From Eledone cirrhosa (taxonomy: Eukaryota), in assembly GCA_964016885.1 (NCBI GenBank), contig OZ024740.1, positions 410,316,001 through 410,380,000 on the forward strand: 64,000 nucleotides of DNA, given 5' to 3'. Position 1 is the stretch's first letter, and each line of letters opens with the position of its first letter. The notes below the pieces were generated by a model. The model was not told the DNA's origin. It made no database searches and saw only the letters and a list, made by a program, of their open reading frames with translations. Both the position numbers and the translations under genes were made by a program. This document shows, piece by piece, positions 30,001 to 41,075 of the stretch.

Positions 30001-32625
30001 GAAAGAATATATTTAGAAAGAGTGAGACAGAAGAAGAAAGAATATATTCAGAAGGAGTGAGGTAGAAGAAGAAAGAATATATTTAGAAAGAGTGAGACAG
30101 AAGAAGAAAGAATATATTTAGAAGGAGTGAGGGAGATGGATTAAGAATATATTTAGAAGGAGTGAGGCAGAAGAAGAAAGAATATATTTAGAAGGAGTGA
30201 GGGAGAAGAAGAAAGAATATATTTAGAAGGAGTGAGGGAGAAGAAAGAATATATTTAGAAGGAGTAAGGCAGAAGAAAGAATATATTTAGAAGGAGTAAG
30301 GCAGAAGAATATATTTAGAAAGAGTGAGACAGAAGAAGAAAGAATATATTTAGAAGGAATGAGGGAGAAGAAGAAAGAATATATTTAGAAGGAGTGAGGC
30401 AGAAGAAGAAAGAATATATTTAGAAGGATTGAGGCGGAAGAAGAAAGAATATATTTAGAAGGAGTAAGGCAGAAGAAAGAATATATTTAGAAAGAGTGAG
30501 ACAGAAGAGGACAGAATATGTTTAGAAAGAGTGAGGCAGAAGAATAATGAATATATTTAGAAGGAGTGAGGGAGAAGAAGAAAGAATATATTTAGAAGGA
30601 GTGAGGCAGAAGAAGAAAGAATATATTTAGAAGGAGTAAGGGAGAGAAAAAGAATATATTTAGAAAGAGTGAGACAAAAGAAGAAAGAATATATTTAGAA
30701 GGAGTGAGGGATAAGAAGAAAGAATATATTTAGAAGGAGTGAGGCAGAAGAATAAAGAATATATTTAGCAGGAGTGAGGCAGAAGAAGAGAGAATATATT
30801 TAGAAGGAGTAAGGCAGAAGAAGAAAGAATATATTTAAAAGGAGTTAGGCAGAAGAGGAACGAATATATTTAGAAGGAGTAAGGCAGAAGAAAGAATATA
30901 TTTAGAAAGAGTGAGACAGAAGAAGAAAAAATATATTAAGAAGGAGTGAGGGAGAAGAAGAAAGAATATATTCAGAAGGAGTGAGGCAGAAGAAGAAAGA
31001 ATATATTTAGAAGGAGTGTGGGAGAAGAAAGAATATATTCAGAAAGAGTGAGGTAGACGAAGAAAGAATATATTTAGAAGGAGTAAGGCAGAAGAAGAAA
31101 GAATATATTCAGAAGGAGTGAGGGAGAAAAAGAAAGAATATATTTAGAAGGATTGAGGCAGAAGAAGAAAGAATATATTTAGAAGGAGTGAGGGAGAAGA
31201 AGAAAGAATATATTTAGAAGGAGTAAGGCAGAAGAAAGAATATATTTAGAAGGAGTAAGGCAGAAGAAAGAATATATTTAGAAGGAGTAAGGCAGAACGA
31301 ATATATTTATAAGGAGTAAGGCAGAAGAAAGAATATATTTAGAAAGAGTGAGACAGAAGAAGAAAGAATATATTTAGAAGGAGTGAGGGAGAAGAAGAAA
31401 GAATATATTCACAAGGAGTGAGGCAGAAGAAGAAAGAATATATTTAGAAGGAGTAAGGCAGAACGAATATATTTATAAGGAATAAGGCAGTAGAAAGAAT
31501 ATATTTAGAAAGAGTGAGACAGAAGAAGAAAGAATATATTCAGAAGGAGTGAGGTAGAAGAAGAAAGAATATATTTAGAAAGAGTGAGACAGAAGAAGAA
31601 AGAATATATTTAGAAGGAGTGAGGGAGAAGGATTAAGAATATATTTAGAAGGAGTGAGGCAGAAGAAGAAAGAATATATTTAGAAGGAGTGAGGGAGAAG
31701 AAGAAAGAATATATTTAGAAGGAGTGAGGGAGAAGAAAGAATATATTTAGAAGGAGTAAGGCAGAAGAAAGAATATATTTAGAAGGAGTAAGGCAGAAGA
31801 ATATATTTAGAAAGAGTGAGACAGAAGAAGAAAGAATATATTTAGAAGGAATGAGGGAGAAGAAGAAAGAATATATTTAGAAGGAGTGAGGCAGAAGAAG
31901 AAAGAATATATTTAGAAGGAGTGAGGCAGAAGAAGAAACAATATATTTAGAAGGAGTGAGTGAAAAGAAAGAATATATTTAGAAGGAGTGAGGGAGAAGA
32001 AGAAAGAATATATGTAGAAGGAGTGAGGCAGAAAAAGAAAGAATATATTTAGAAGGAGTGAGGGAGAAGAAGAAAGAATATATTTAGAAGGAGTGAGGGA
32101 GAAGAAGAAAGAATATATTTAGAAGGAGTGAGGCAGAAGAGGAAAGAATATATTTAGAAGGAATGAGGCAGAAGAAGAAAGAATATATTTAGAAAGGGTG
32201 AGGCAGAAGAAGAAAGAATATATTTAGAATGAGTGAGGGAGAAGAAAGAATATATTTAGAAGGAGTGAGGCAGAAGAAGAAAGAATATATTTAGAAAGAG
32301 TGAGGGAGAAGAAAGAATATATTTAGAAAGAGTGAGACAGAAGAAGAAAGAATATATTTAGAATGGGTGAGGCAGAAGAAGAAAGAATATATTTAGAAGG
32401 AGTGAGGGAGAAGAAAGAATATATTTAGAAGATGTGAGGGAGAAGAAGTAAGAATATATTTAGAAGGAGTGAGGCAGAAGATAGAATGTATTTAGAATGT
32501 GTGAGGGAGAAGAAGAAAGAATATATTTAGAAGGAATGAGGGAGAAGAAGAAAGAATATATTTAGAAGGAGTGAAGCAGAAGAAGAAAGAATATATTTAG
32601 ATGGAGTGAGGCAAAAGAAGAAAAA
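1..32625 (+). repeat. Satellite array, 35-bp monomer (GCAGAAGAAGAAAGAATATATTTAGAAGGAGTGAG) with 32-bp and shorter variants; runs off the left edge
   Basis: Continuous head-to-tail tandem repeat; period 35 (GAGT at 481 and 516); roughly 950 monomers; frequent loss of one GAA. Confidence 0.99.
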
Positions 32626-33276
32626 CATGAAGGAAATGAAAGATATACAAAACGAAGAAATCGAAAAGACTTTGTAAAAAGGAGAATAGGGTGAAAAGAA
32701 GACAATTAATAATAAGAAAAATAGATGATAAAGAAGATGAAGAAGTTATTTAGAAGTTTGAAGTAGTGGGGGAGGGGGTGGAGGAGGGCTGGGGAGGTTG
32801 AGTAAATACAAAGAAGTCGTAGGAGAAGTGGGACAATGCAGAGGCGTGCAGACAAATGAGAAGGAATGTGATGGAATGTACGAAAACTGTAAGAGGAAAT
32901 TCTCAAGTTGACAACAACACTGAAACGTAACCTTATACGTTGCAGCTATTATAATCGATTTCAATGAGGAAATAATGCTTATTAGAACCTCTTAGAATGT
33001 AATTTACTGGCTAATTAAGTCAAATAACATTTAACCTCGTAATGTCCCCGCAGGATAATGAAAACGTAACGCAAACAATATCAACTCAAGTCATATTTAG
33101 GGTTAAACGATTGATAGTTATGAAAGCAGTTTCAGGCTGTATGTAGGAATGTGTCTATATATATATGTATATAAGAGTTAGCGCTCAAACAGGCAAGGAC
33201 TATATATGTGTATATATATATATATTATATATATAAATTATGATACAGGTCCACATATCATACGCACACACACAAA

Positions 33277-33337
<61 letters not shown>

Positions 33338-33339
<2 letters not shown>

Positions 33340-33633
33340 CAAAAAAAGTGTGGTAAGGAACCATATGGACCATAACGCACCAGAGTACTAGATACTTAGC
33401 GTAGTAGAGTGTGTAATAGGAAAAGAGTCAGGACCCCGACAGCTGAGCCCCGAAGTTCGGATCTAGCTGTCCAAACGGCCGGAGCTCAGCCGTTGGGGTC
33501 CTGACTTTTCCCTATATATATAATATTGAAACGGCAAGAGCTCAGCCGTAGGGGTCCCGACTATTTCATATTACCCAAAGTATCGAGTACTCTGGTGAGT
33601 AATGGTCTAAACGGGTTTTTACAGCATCCATTT

Positions 33634-33635
<2 letters not shown>
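33338..33635. mobile_element. (TA)n-flanked fold-back repeat made of pLTR-like tails carrying hammerhead 3' halves; same family as 61608-61803
   Basis: Inverted arms around ~33465; GAAA-CGGC..GCCG-TA-GGGGTC at 33528-33556; tail GAGTACTCTGGTG..ATGGTC shared with 61751-61773. Confidence 0.7.
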
Positions 33636-33685
<50 letters not shown>

Positions 33686-34124
33686 ACCCTGTTTGTGTAT
33701 GTTTTTGGAAATATTGGTTGAATGTTTAAGTCGATAAACACACAGTCCTAATATTTTCTTTCTATTCTGAACAAAGATTCTCCGAGCCATTACTTCATTG
33801 TATACAGGAGCGGAAGAAATTAATTGATTTTATTTTCATACTTGGGCCTCAGGTGAATAAAAAGCTATATTTCAGCAATGCACCACGAATAATAACAATA
33901 ACGAATAGTAATACCCGTGTATATACATGTACATATAATTGTGTCGATCGTCTACAGTTAATGTATAGGTAAATAGATTCAAGATTATTAAGACTTTAAG
34001 CAAAAAATTCAAACGGATTTACAAAACACTATTCAACGTATATTTCTCCATTCATTATGTACAAGTTCCATTTTACTCTGTTGTTGTTTCGTGGTTTTCT
34101 TTTGTTCTGTAGTAATTAGCCTAT

Positions 34125-34242
34125 GGTGGTTGGTTCATTGGCAAATTCGTGGAAACGTTGAGTAAAAATACTTTGAGCATTTAATTATGGCTGTTTATGT
34201 ACTGAGTTCAAATCGAGTGGGATCAATAAAATAAGTACCAGT
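34125..34242 (+). mobile_element. Degenerate tRNA-derived SINE
   Basis: B-box-like GAGTTCAAATC followed by ATAAAATAAGTACCAGT. Confidence 0.6.
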
Positions 34243-34256
34243 GAAAAACAGATCAA

Positions 34257-34455
34257 CATCATCATCATCATTTTACGCCTGCTTTTCCCTGCTTGCTAGG
34301 GTGGGACGGGTCCTATTAAGCACGGAATCTTTCCTTTGTCATCTCCTCCGTGAGTTTCAGCGATCTGAGGTCTGCTCTCACCACCTCCGCCCATATATTT
34401 CGTGGTTTACCTCGACTGCGTCTTCCTTTTACTGGGATATCTTAGCACTTCTTTA
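34257..34455 (-). mobile_element. RTE-clade LINE 3' end fragment with (GAT)n tail
   Basis: Minus translation VKGRRSRGKPRNIWAEVVRADLRSLKLTEEM resembles the RTE C-terminus; ends in (GAT)n. Confidence 0.7.
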
Positions 34456-35517
34456 CCCAGCTATAATTGACTATACTCAGTCGTGAAATCTTATGCACAA
34501 CGGCCTTTGCTAGAAACCAGTGTTGAAGTATTGATTAACTAGTTATTATGTTCGAAAATGTTTGGCATTGCCAATAAAAAAAGTGAATATTTAAAATTTT
34601 ATGTTATTGAATGGTTTTGTGGGCAGGATTTTGTCGTAATATGTTAAGCGGAGAGAAAAGCTAACACTGGTGACGTACGTAGTCTTACAGCGACTGAATA
34701 GGACAATAATGGTTGAATGCAGTTTTCTCTATACTTTATTTCAATTGTTGAGGTCATTATGCCTCCTTATTATAGGTTATGTAGATTTAGATGAATATTT
34801 AATAGGACAATACGTGACATTTCTGAATCTGATTACATTTTCCATTATTATTTCAACTTTATAATAGCATCATTTAAATATTCATTTGATTCTGAAATAA
34901 GATAATCTTCAAAAACAGGTTTTAATGCTTTTCTTTGTAAGAAAAAGTTAATGACTCCCGAAAGAGACCAGCAGAGCCTAGAGTAAAAAAACTCTAAATG
35001 ATACGGAAATTCCCATAGTTTTACAGACATAATCTTAACGTTGTTATGATAGAAATATATCTTATATTAAACAAAAGTGTTTTGAATGTATTTTAACGTT
35101 GCATTCAATGTATATAGTAGCTGCCAACATATTCATCAACATTGTTTATAAGAGCAGTTGATGGCACATTTTGTGGGAATCTTATCACAGCCAAACCATT
35201 TATTGCTCAGATATTGCAATATATTTCACATTCATAAACCAAGCAACCAAAAGTGAGTGTCACTATTTTGCAGTATAAACATTTTCTTTTAATTTGTACA
35301 AATGATTCACAATTCAAGTAAATGAAACAGTGATTTTCATGATAAAGGTTTTAACATTTTTTAATCTGGATTATATGAGGGACACATTAAATATATATCA
35401 CAAATACCAAAGGATAGTGATGTGGTTCAATTGAAAATTGGACACTCCTACCCTAGAATATTGTATCTTCTCAGACACTTGTCAATCAAAACAAAATGAA
35501 TATATAGAAACTGAAAC

Positions 35518-35700
35518 GCATTGGCAGTATCAGTAGAGGGTCGGTCGCCATGCTTTGACGCATAGAGTTACGGCCCTTTCCATTCTGAGTTCAAATCCCG
35601 CCAAGGTTAACTTTGCCTTTCATCCTTATGGGGTCGATAAAATAAAGTACCAGTAATGCACTGAGTAATTGCTGGTCTTGTGCCAAAAGTAGAAACAATT
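35518..35700 (+). mobile_element. tRNA-derived SINE (dominant family of the window)
   Basis: A box TGGCAGTATCAGTAG, B box GAGTTCAAATCC, core TTTGCCTTTCATCCTT..GGGGTCGATAAAATAAAGTACCAGT, tail TTGTGCCAAAAGTAGAAAC. Confidence 0.9.
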
Positions 35701-35929
35701 ATTTATATTCTATTAAACAGAGAAGACAAATATGTTCACCTATTGAAACTTTAAAGAATGATTATCAAATTTGAACATTAGCGTCGTAGTTTATAAGTTT
35801 TCAAACAAACAATCTGTATTTCAGTACATTTCCCACAGAAACAGATAAATGGGTAGAGTTAAAAAAGGTATTATATTCATAAAGTACCAGTTTTTCGGTT
35901 TTCTTGTCTTGGTTTATATCATCTGTTGA

Positions 35930-36075
35930 TGTATATCAGCTTAACAAGTTCGTTTCGAAAGCACTTGATCATGGGTTCAGTTCTTCAGTGCGGCAGCCTG
36001 GTCAATGTGCATCTTATTTTACAACCTCGTGAGTGGAATTCTGAAGACGAAACCTACAGATGCCCATTGTATAAT
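35930..36075 (+). mobile_element. Degenerate SINE of a second family
   Basis: B-box-like GGGTTCAGTTC; 3' part GTGAGTGGA..GACGAAAC..GCCC then TA. Confidence 0.4.
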
Positions 36076-36089
36076 ATGTATATATATTT

Positions 36090-36385
36090 ATGTACAAAAT
36101 GGCGTAGACTTTACAATACAATGGGAGGAAACATAATAGTACCACTGATAATGTCGCAGATGTGTGACGAAAGAACTTTGATAGACTATATATATATATA
36201 TATATATTTATATCTGTATTTTTAACCGTTGGTCAATCAATGATAAACGTTGATTGCCAAATAAATTAACTATGGAGATATAAAAGATACAGAAGCGAAA
36301 ACCAACCTAAGCCAAACAGTGAGTGTGTTCTGTTATTATTTATAGCAATATTATAACAATATGACCCTCCCCACGCATAACAATA
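36090..36385 (+). mobile_element. Diverged solo pLTR related to PLE-A with a decayed hammerhead (36143-36181)
   Basis: ACAAAATGGCGTAG, CTGATAA-T-GTCGCA..TGTGAC-GAAAGAACTTTGA and ATGACCCTCCC..ATAACAATAT align with the PLE-A pLTR. Confidence 0.75.
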
Positions 36386-36875
36386 TATATATATATATAT
36401 GTATATATCACGATACATTAACGGAGCCATAGACTCTCGCCATTCCCTGTAAATAATGTGCTCAAAGGAGAGGAAATCCAGGGCTCTTTAAAATACAATA
36501 TGTTGAAAAGGTAACACACTAGAAAGAGATACAGTGCGCTATCAATAAAAACAGGGAAAAACCACGAGTGTATGGAATCTATAACCTATGAAAGGCAGAG
36601 TATAGACACGATAATTAAAAATATAAATTAATAATAAATACCTCTATAACTATATAATTATATAATTATATTTCGTTTCTGAATTTGTTTAGCAAGATTC
36701 TTTATCTGAAATCGTGTGTTGAAACCGATATTGTTATACTTTGGGAGGGTCATGTTGCCAATAAGAAACACACGCACCAGTTGCTTTCACTTCAATTTAT
36801 TATATATTTATAAATTTATAAATTTACAAATCTACAAACTTATAAATTTCTGGTTGGTTGGTTGGTTCCACAACC

Positions 36876-38186
36876 CTTAAGGAACATATGTTCAAATTTA
36901 ATGGTAAAACATATGCCCAAGAGGGAGGAGCAGCCATTGGTGTTAGCATTGCAGGCGACATAGCTAACTTATTTATGGTATGGTGGGACAGTAGACTTAA
37001 ACAAAAACTTAAAGAACAATTAGAAGACAGCTTAACCCTGATAATGTACTCCCGCTACGTAGATGATATAAACATCGTAGTTAAGACACCCCCACTAAAA
37101 AACAGTCAGGAACTAGAGAAAAACACAATGGAAAGCATCCAGCAAATAGCAAACTCCATCCACCAGAGCATTAGAGTTACTATAGACTACCCAAGTAGAC
37201 ACCCCAACCATCGATTACCTGTACTAGACACAGAGCTCTGGTTAGATACCATTAACAACCAAAAACAAATCCTCCATTCCCATTATGCCAAACCCATGAC
37301 TTCCAAACATCTGATCCACCGAAACTCGGCCATTTCGGACCATACCAAAATCAACATACTGATTGCGGATTTGGTACGGGTGATGAGAAATGTGTCCCGC
37401 ATGTGCAACCCCGAAGAACTAGAGAGACACATACAACACTTCATCCACCGTATGCAGTTCTCTGGCTACAATCAGAGAGATAGAATCAGAGTGTATAGAG
37501 GAGCCAGAACCAAATGAGAAAAAATGGTAAATAATGACATAAATGGGACCTGCCCCTTGTATAGGAGCAAATTTTGGAATAGAATAGAAAGAACTAGGAA
37601 CAAGGCCAATAGAATAAACTCATGGTATGATAGCAATAAATACCAGAGTGTAATGTTCATCAATACAACCCCTAGAGGCGAACTAGCCTACAAATTTAGA
37701 AGGGCCCTAAATAAACATAAACTCAATATTAAGATAGTAGAAAGACCAGGTACCTCCGTAAAAACACTTATTAGCAAGACATACCCGTTCCAAAGACCCT
37801 CATGTATAGATAAGAAATGTATAACCTGTAAAATAAGCCCCCATATTAAGTGTAAAACTAGAAATGTAGTGTATAGCATAAGATGTACTGAAGGACAATG
37901 TAGAAACAAAAATATAGTGTACATAGGTGAGACAGCTCGTAGTATAGGGGAACGAATAAATGAACACTGGCGAGACCTTCAAGATAATAAAGAATCATCT
38001 GTGCTCTACCAACATGCTAAGATAGAACACAGGGGTAAATTAGAGAACATAGAAATAAAAATAGAATCCACACACAGAAAAGATGCAATGTTTAGGCAAA
38101 TTACAGAGGCAGTAAGCATAAAAGAATTACAACCAAAATTAAATAGAAAATATGAGTGGAACAGCAACATCACAACTTACAATTAA
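36876..38186 (+). pseudogene. PLE-A RT C-terminal half + Cys linker + GIY-YIG endonuclease; one frame broken only by TGA at 37515-37517
   Basis: FKFNGKTYAQEGGAAIG, YSRYVDD, LPVLD, HYAKPM; CIDKKCITC..C; NVVY..YIGETARSIGERINEH; RQITEAV..PKLN. Clade possibly Nematis-like (not certain). Confidence 0.93.
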
Positions 38187-38394
38187 GGACAAAATGAAAA
38201 CACACACACACATAGAACAAACAACTAACCAACAATAAATAAATAAATAAATAAACAAATAGATAAATGAACACAAACACACACAGACACCCGGATGTGG
38301 CGCATGCGCAAACTGAGCACACAACACACACACAGAAACAAAATGGCGTAGGACAGAAGAAAGGAAAGGCACAGAAACAAAGAAAGGAATCCCC

Positions 38395-38439
38395 AGTCAC
38401 TGAAGAGGTCACAGAGTGTGTGACGAAAGGACTATGACT
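38395..38439 (+). ncRNA. Minimal type I hammerhead ribozyme in the PLE-A pLTR
   Basis: Stem I AGTCA/TGACT; CTGAAGA; one extra G; stem II GTCACA/TGTGAC; GAAA; vestigial stem III GGAC; TA. Confidence 0.85.
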
Positions 38440-38774
38440 ATATATAAACAACTATCTGGTTGTGGAACCAACCAACCAACCAGAAATTTATAAGTTTGTA
38501 GATTTGTAAATTTATAAATTTATAAATATATAATAAATTGAAGTGAAAGCAACTGGTGCGTGTGTTTCTTATTGGCAACATGACCCTCCCAAAGTATAAC
38601 AATATATAATTATAGTTATAGAGGTATTTATTTACGCTTTAATTTATATTTTTAATTATCGTGTCTATACTCTGCCTTTCATAGGTTATAGATTCCATAC
38701 ACTCGTGGTTTTTCCCTGTTTTATTGATAGCGCACTGTATCTCTTTCTAGTGTGTTACCTTTTCAACATATTGT

Positions 38775-38780
<6 letters not shown>

Positions 38781-38830
<50 letters not shown>
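38781..38830. repeat. (TA)n microsatellite between PLE-A and the Naiad-type element; further (TA)n/(CA)n tracts at ~33285, 33637, 41115-41340, 42735, 43195, 46270-46470, 49725-49835, 60305-60412, 61564, 63239
   Basis: Direct observation. Confidence 0.97.
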
Positions 38831-38834
<4 letters not shown>

Positions 38835-38845
38835 TAACAGATTAA

Positions 38846-38896
38846 AGTTTAAGCAAAGAATCGCTGCTTTCACCCTTAACGGGATCTTCTGAAACT
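38846..38896 (-). ncRNA. Type I hammerhead (CAGAAGA core variant) in the Naiad pLTR
   Basis: AGTTT-CAGAAGA-T-CCC(GTTAA)GGG-T-GAAA-GCAG(CGATTCT)TTGC-TT-AAACT. Confidence 0.8.
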
Positions 38897-39106
38897 AACA
38901 AAGTCAATCTGTAAACGCAGAAGTGGATATTTCAAAAAACGTTGCAACCGGAGGAAGACTGGAAGACGATACTTTGGTTCGTGGAAACGTTTCCTACACA
39001 AAACATACAGGTAATATATACTTACCTATGCAAATAAGTAATGGTATAAACATAACATATACTTAGCTACCACATCAAGACGTAAAATATCCACGTATAG
39101 ATCGTA

Positions 39107-41075
39107 CTATCCGTTAGGGTATAATGTGGGGCTGTAATACAGGAAAGTTTTGTGCAATTTATGTTTACAAGCCGAAATTGCCTCAGATTTTTTGTTTAAG
39201 ATGTGGTCTGTGGCGTAGAGTATTTCCAGGGCCTCAGTGGCGCAGAGGTCACATGGTCTTTTATTTCCGTTATACGATCTAGCCCTAGCTAGGATCTCCC
39301 AGTGTAACTTATATTGGGTGTGGTTGTCTTTTAGACTCCAGATATAAGCTGAAAGTGACGTCATATTCCTTCTTAGAGGGTAACGAAAAGAATGGGTATG
39401 CATGTAGAGACGCTGCTTGAATCTATTGGCGGTTAACCCTATGTAGGCCCTACGAGACGTGGGTGTTTAAACCTTACATTTGTAGACAATGTAACTAGAG
39501 AGGCATTTCCCGGATAGGGGGCAACCAACCCGATTCCTACAATTACAGTTAGTACTAACTACAGGATTGCACGTGTTCCTACGGCTAGGTAGTTTAGCTA
39601 AATTTGAAGCTGTGATGTTATGTGCAAGGTTAGGAGTCGTAGAGTAAGAAATTTTAATAGTATTTCTATTAAAAAGTTTACTATATTTATGTGTAGGGCG
39701 AAAATGCTTCGTAATAAGGGATAGAAAGATCTTAGCTAATGGTGTGACCACCTCCATATTATATGGTGGGTTATACCATATAATGCGACGGGATCTATTT
39801 CTTCTAGGTCTATTCTTGTACTCTGTATATGCTACCTTATCGACAAATCCACTCCGAGCAAGAGCTTCATTGTAATATGTGCTCATTGAAGATATGCTCG
39901 TTAGTAGATAGACGGGAAAGCCTCAACAAAACGTTTCTTACCAGATTCTTGGTTATGCTGGCAGGATGTTTGGAATGCTTACTTATGTAATTAAGCGTAT
40001 CATTCGGCTTTCTATACGGGTAATACAACCCATTCGATAAATTGAGGGTAACCTCGAGGTAATTAACGACCGAGAGGTTGGCCTCAACCTGTATAGAGAG
40101 GTTGAAGCCTTTAAAGAAGGCTGTGAGTTCTTTTCTGAACCTGTCGCAAGCACAAGGGCCGCACTTAGTCATGGTCTAAAGATCATCATCACGGTACAAA
40201 CCACCGCCCGCGTTGGGGAATTCGTCCTTGATAGAGAAAAGAAGGAAAAGGCCGATAAGATCAGTAACCTCCGCAGAATCGCTGGTGCCCATACTCACGT
40301 CGAATTGGGTACTATTGGATTTTTTAATCCAAATAGAGTCGTCAAAATTAATCACCGACTTACGGGCATTGAGGATGACATCAACTTCGAAATCCTTAAC
40401 CACTGTGAGTGTTTTAGCGAAATTGATAGCTATAAGGAGAAGTGGTAAAGTGATGGAGGAGTAGTAATTATTGATGTCGAATTGGGTAAAACGGCAATGT
40501 TCCTTGTTACATATGCCGTTGAACCAATCAATCACCGCGAAAGAATTGTTCCCCAGTGCAAGAGGGGCCACACTTCTAATTTCAGGTATAATTCTATCAA
40601 GAATCCTTTTACTAAATCTACCTAAATCGGACTTCGTAGGGTTAATAAGTTGAATAGAGGGGTTGTTCGGAAAATTAGATTTGTGATCCTTCAGGGTAAA
40701 GTGGGGAGAAATATGGTCCAGAGGTTCTGTCCGGTCCAGGATGTTGCGATCAGAGGTGATTTTAAACCCAGCATCGTTGGTTTCATTGATGACGCACCGA
40801 TTAGTTTAACGGTAATCCTTAGTTACAGCATTTTGTAGTAGTTGATGGTAAGTACTGCGCTCCACTTGATATAGGTTGCCAGTTTTGTCGGAATGGACGT
40901 GCACGGCATTAGAATCCTTAATAGAACGCATTCTATTCTTCAGGTGCTGCTGGAAGGAATTGCTCCTATTCCGAAATTTGATACTCCGTATGAGTTCCAA
41001 GACATCATTTTCAAAGGGTAGCAATGCTGGGTTACACGGAGGGTTATTATAGGTTTTAAACCCAAATTATCGAGC
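39107..41075 (-). pseudogene. Naiad-type RT + GIY-YIG polyprotein with stops (TAA 40806, TAG 40176, TAA 39467) and frameshifts (~41050, ~39880)
   Basis: SDKTGNLY, TLKDHKSNF, LINPTKSDLG, QFDINNYYSSI, FDVSMGTSDSAEV, GLYRDD, YYPYRKPN, RRIIWYNPPY, CNCR..CPLSGKCL, IVY..YIGLT..FKQR, CDLCATE, LNKKSEAISACKH. Confidence 0.92.

Larger units (their letters stand above)
36670..38605 (+). mobile_element. Penelope-like element PLE-A copy 1, 5'-truncated, with inverted 5' pLTR (36670-36875) and 3' pLTR (~38190-38605)
   Basis: RT and GIY-YIG motifs; 36730-36875 is the reverse complement of 38458-38604, the classic PLE inverted-pLTR structure. Confidence 0.95.

Noticed and set aside
1-32625. CRISPR array, coding repeat or heat-shock-element array
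   Set aside because: No unique spacers; no long ORFs; the 35-bp unit is not a multiple of 3; GAA..TTC spacing (GAATATATTC) does not match nGAAnnTTCn
35518-35600. tRNA genes
   Set aside because: A and B boxes belong to SINE heads; no cloverleaf
36041-36053. CTGAAGACGAAAC as a hammerhead core
   Set aside because: No helix II and no helix I partner; lies in a degenerate SINE tail
38950-38996. Antisense hammerhead-like string CTGGAAGA..GAAACGTT in the Naiad pLTR
   Set aside because: Box 1 has an insertion, helix I is not adjacent, and the string is not conserved in the 63380 copy
39000-41075. Selenocysteine recoding in the Naiad element
   Set aside because: In-frame stops are TAA/TAG/TAA (the TGA at 39867 results from a frameshift); no AUGA..AA..GA SECIS seen in the 3' region
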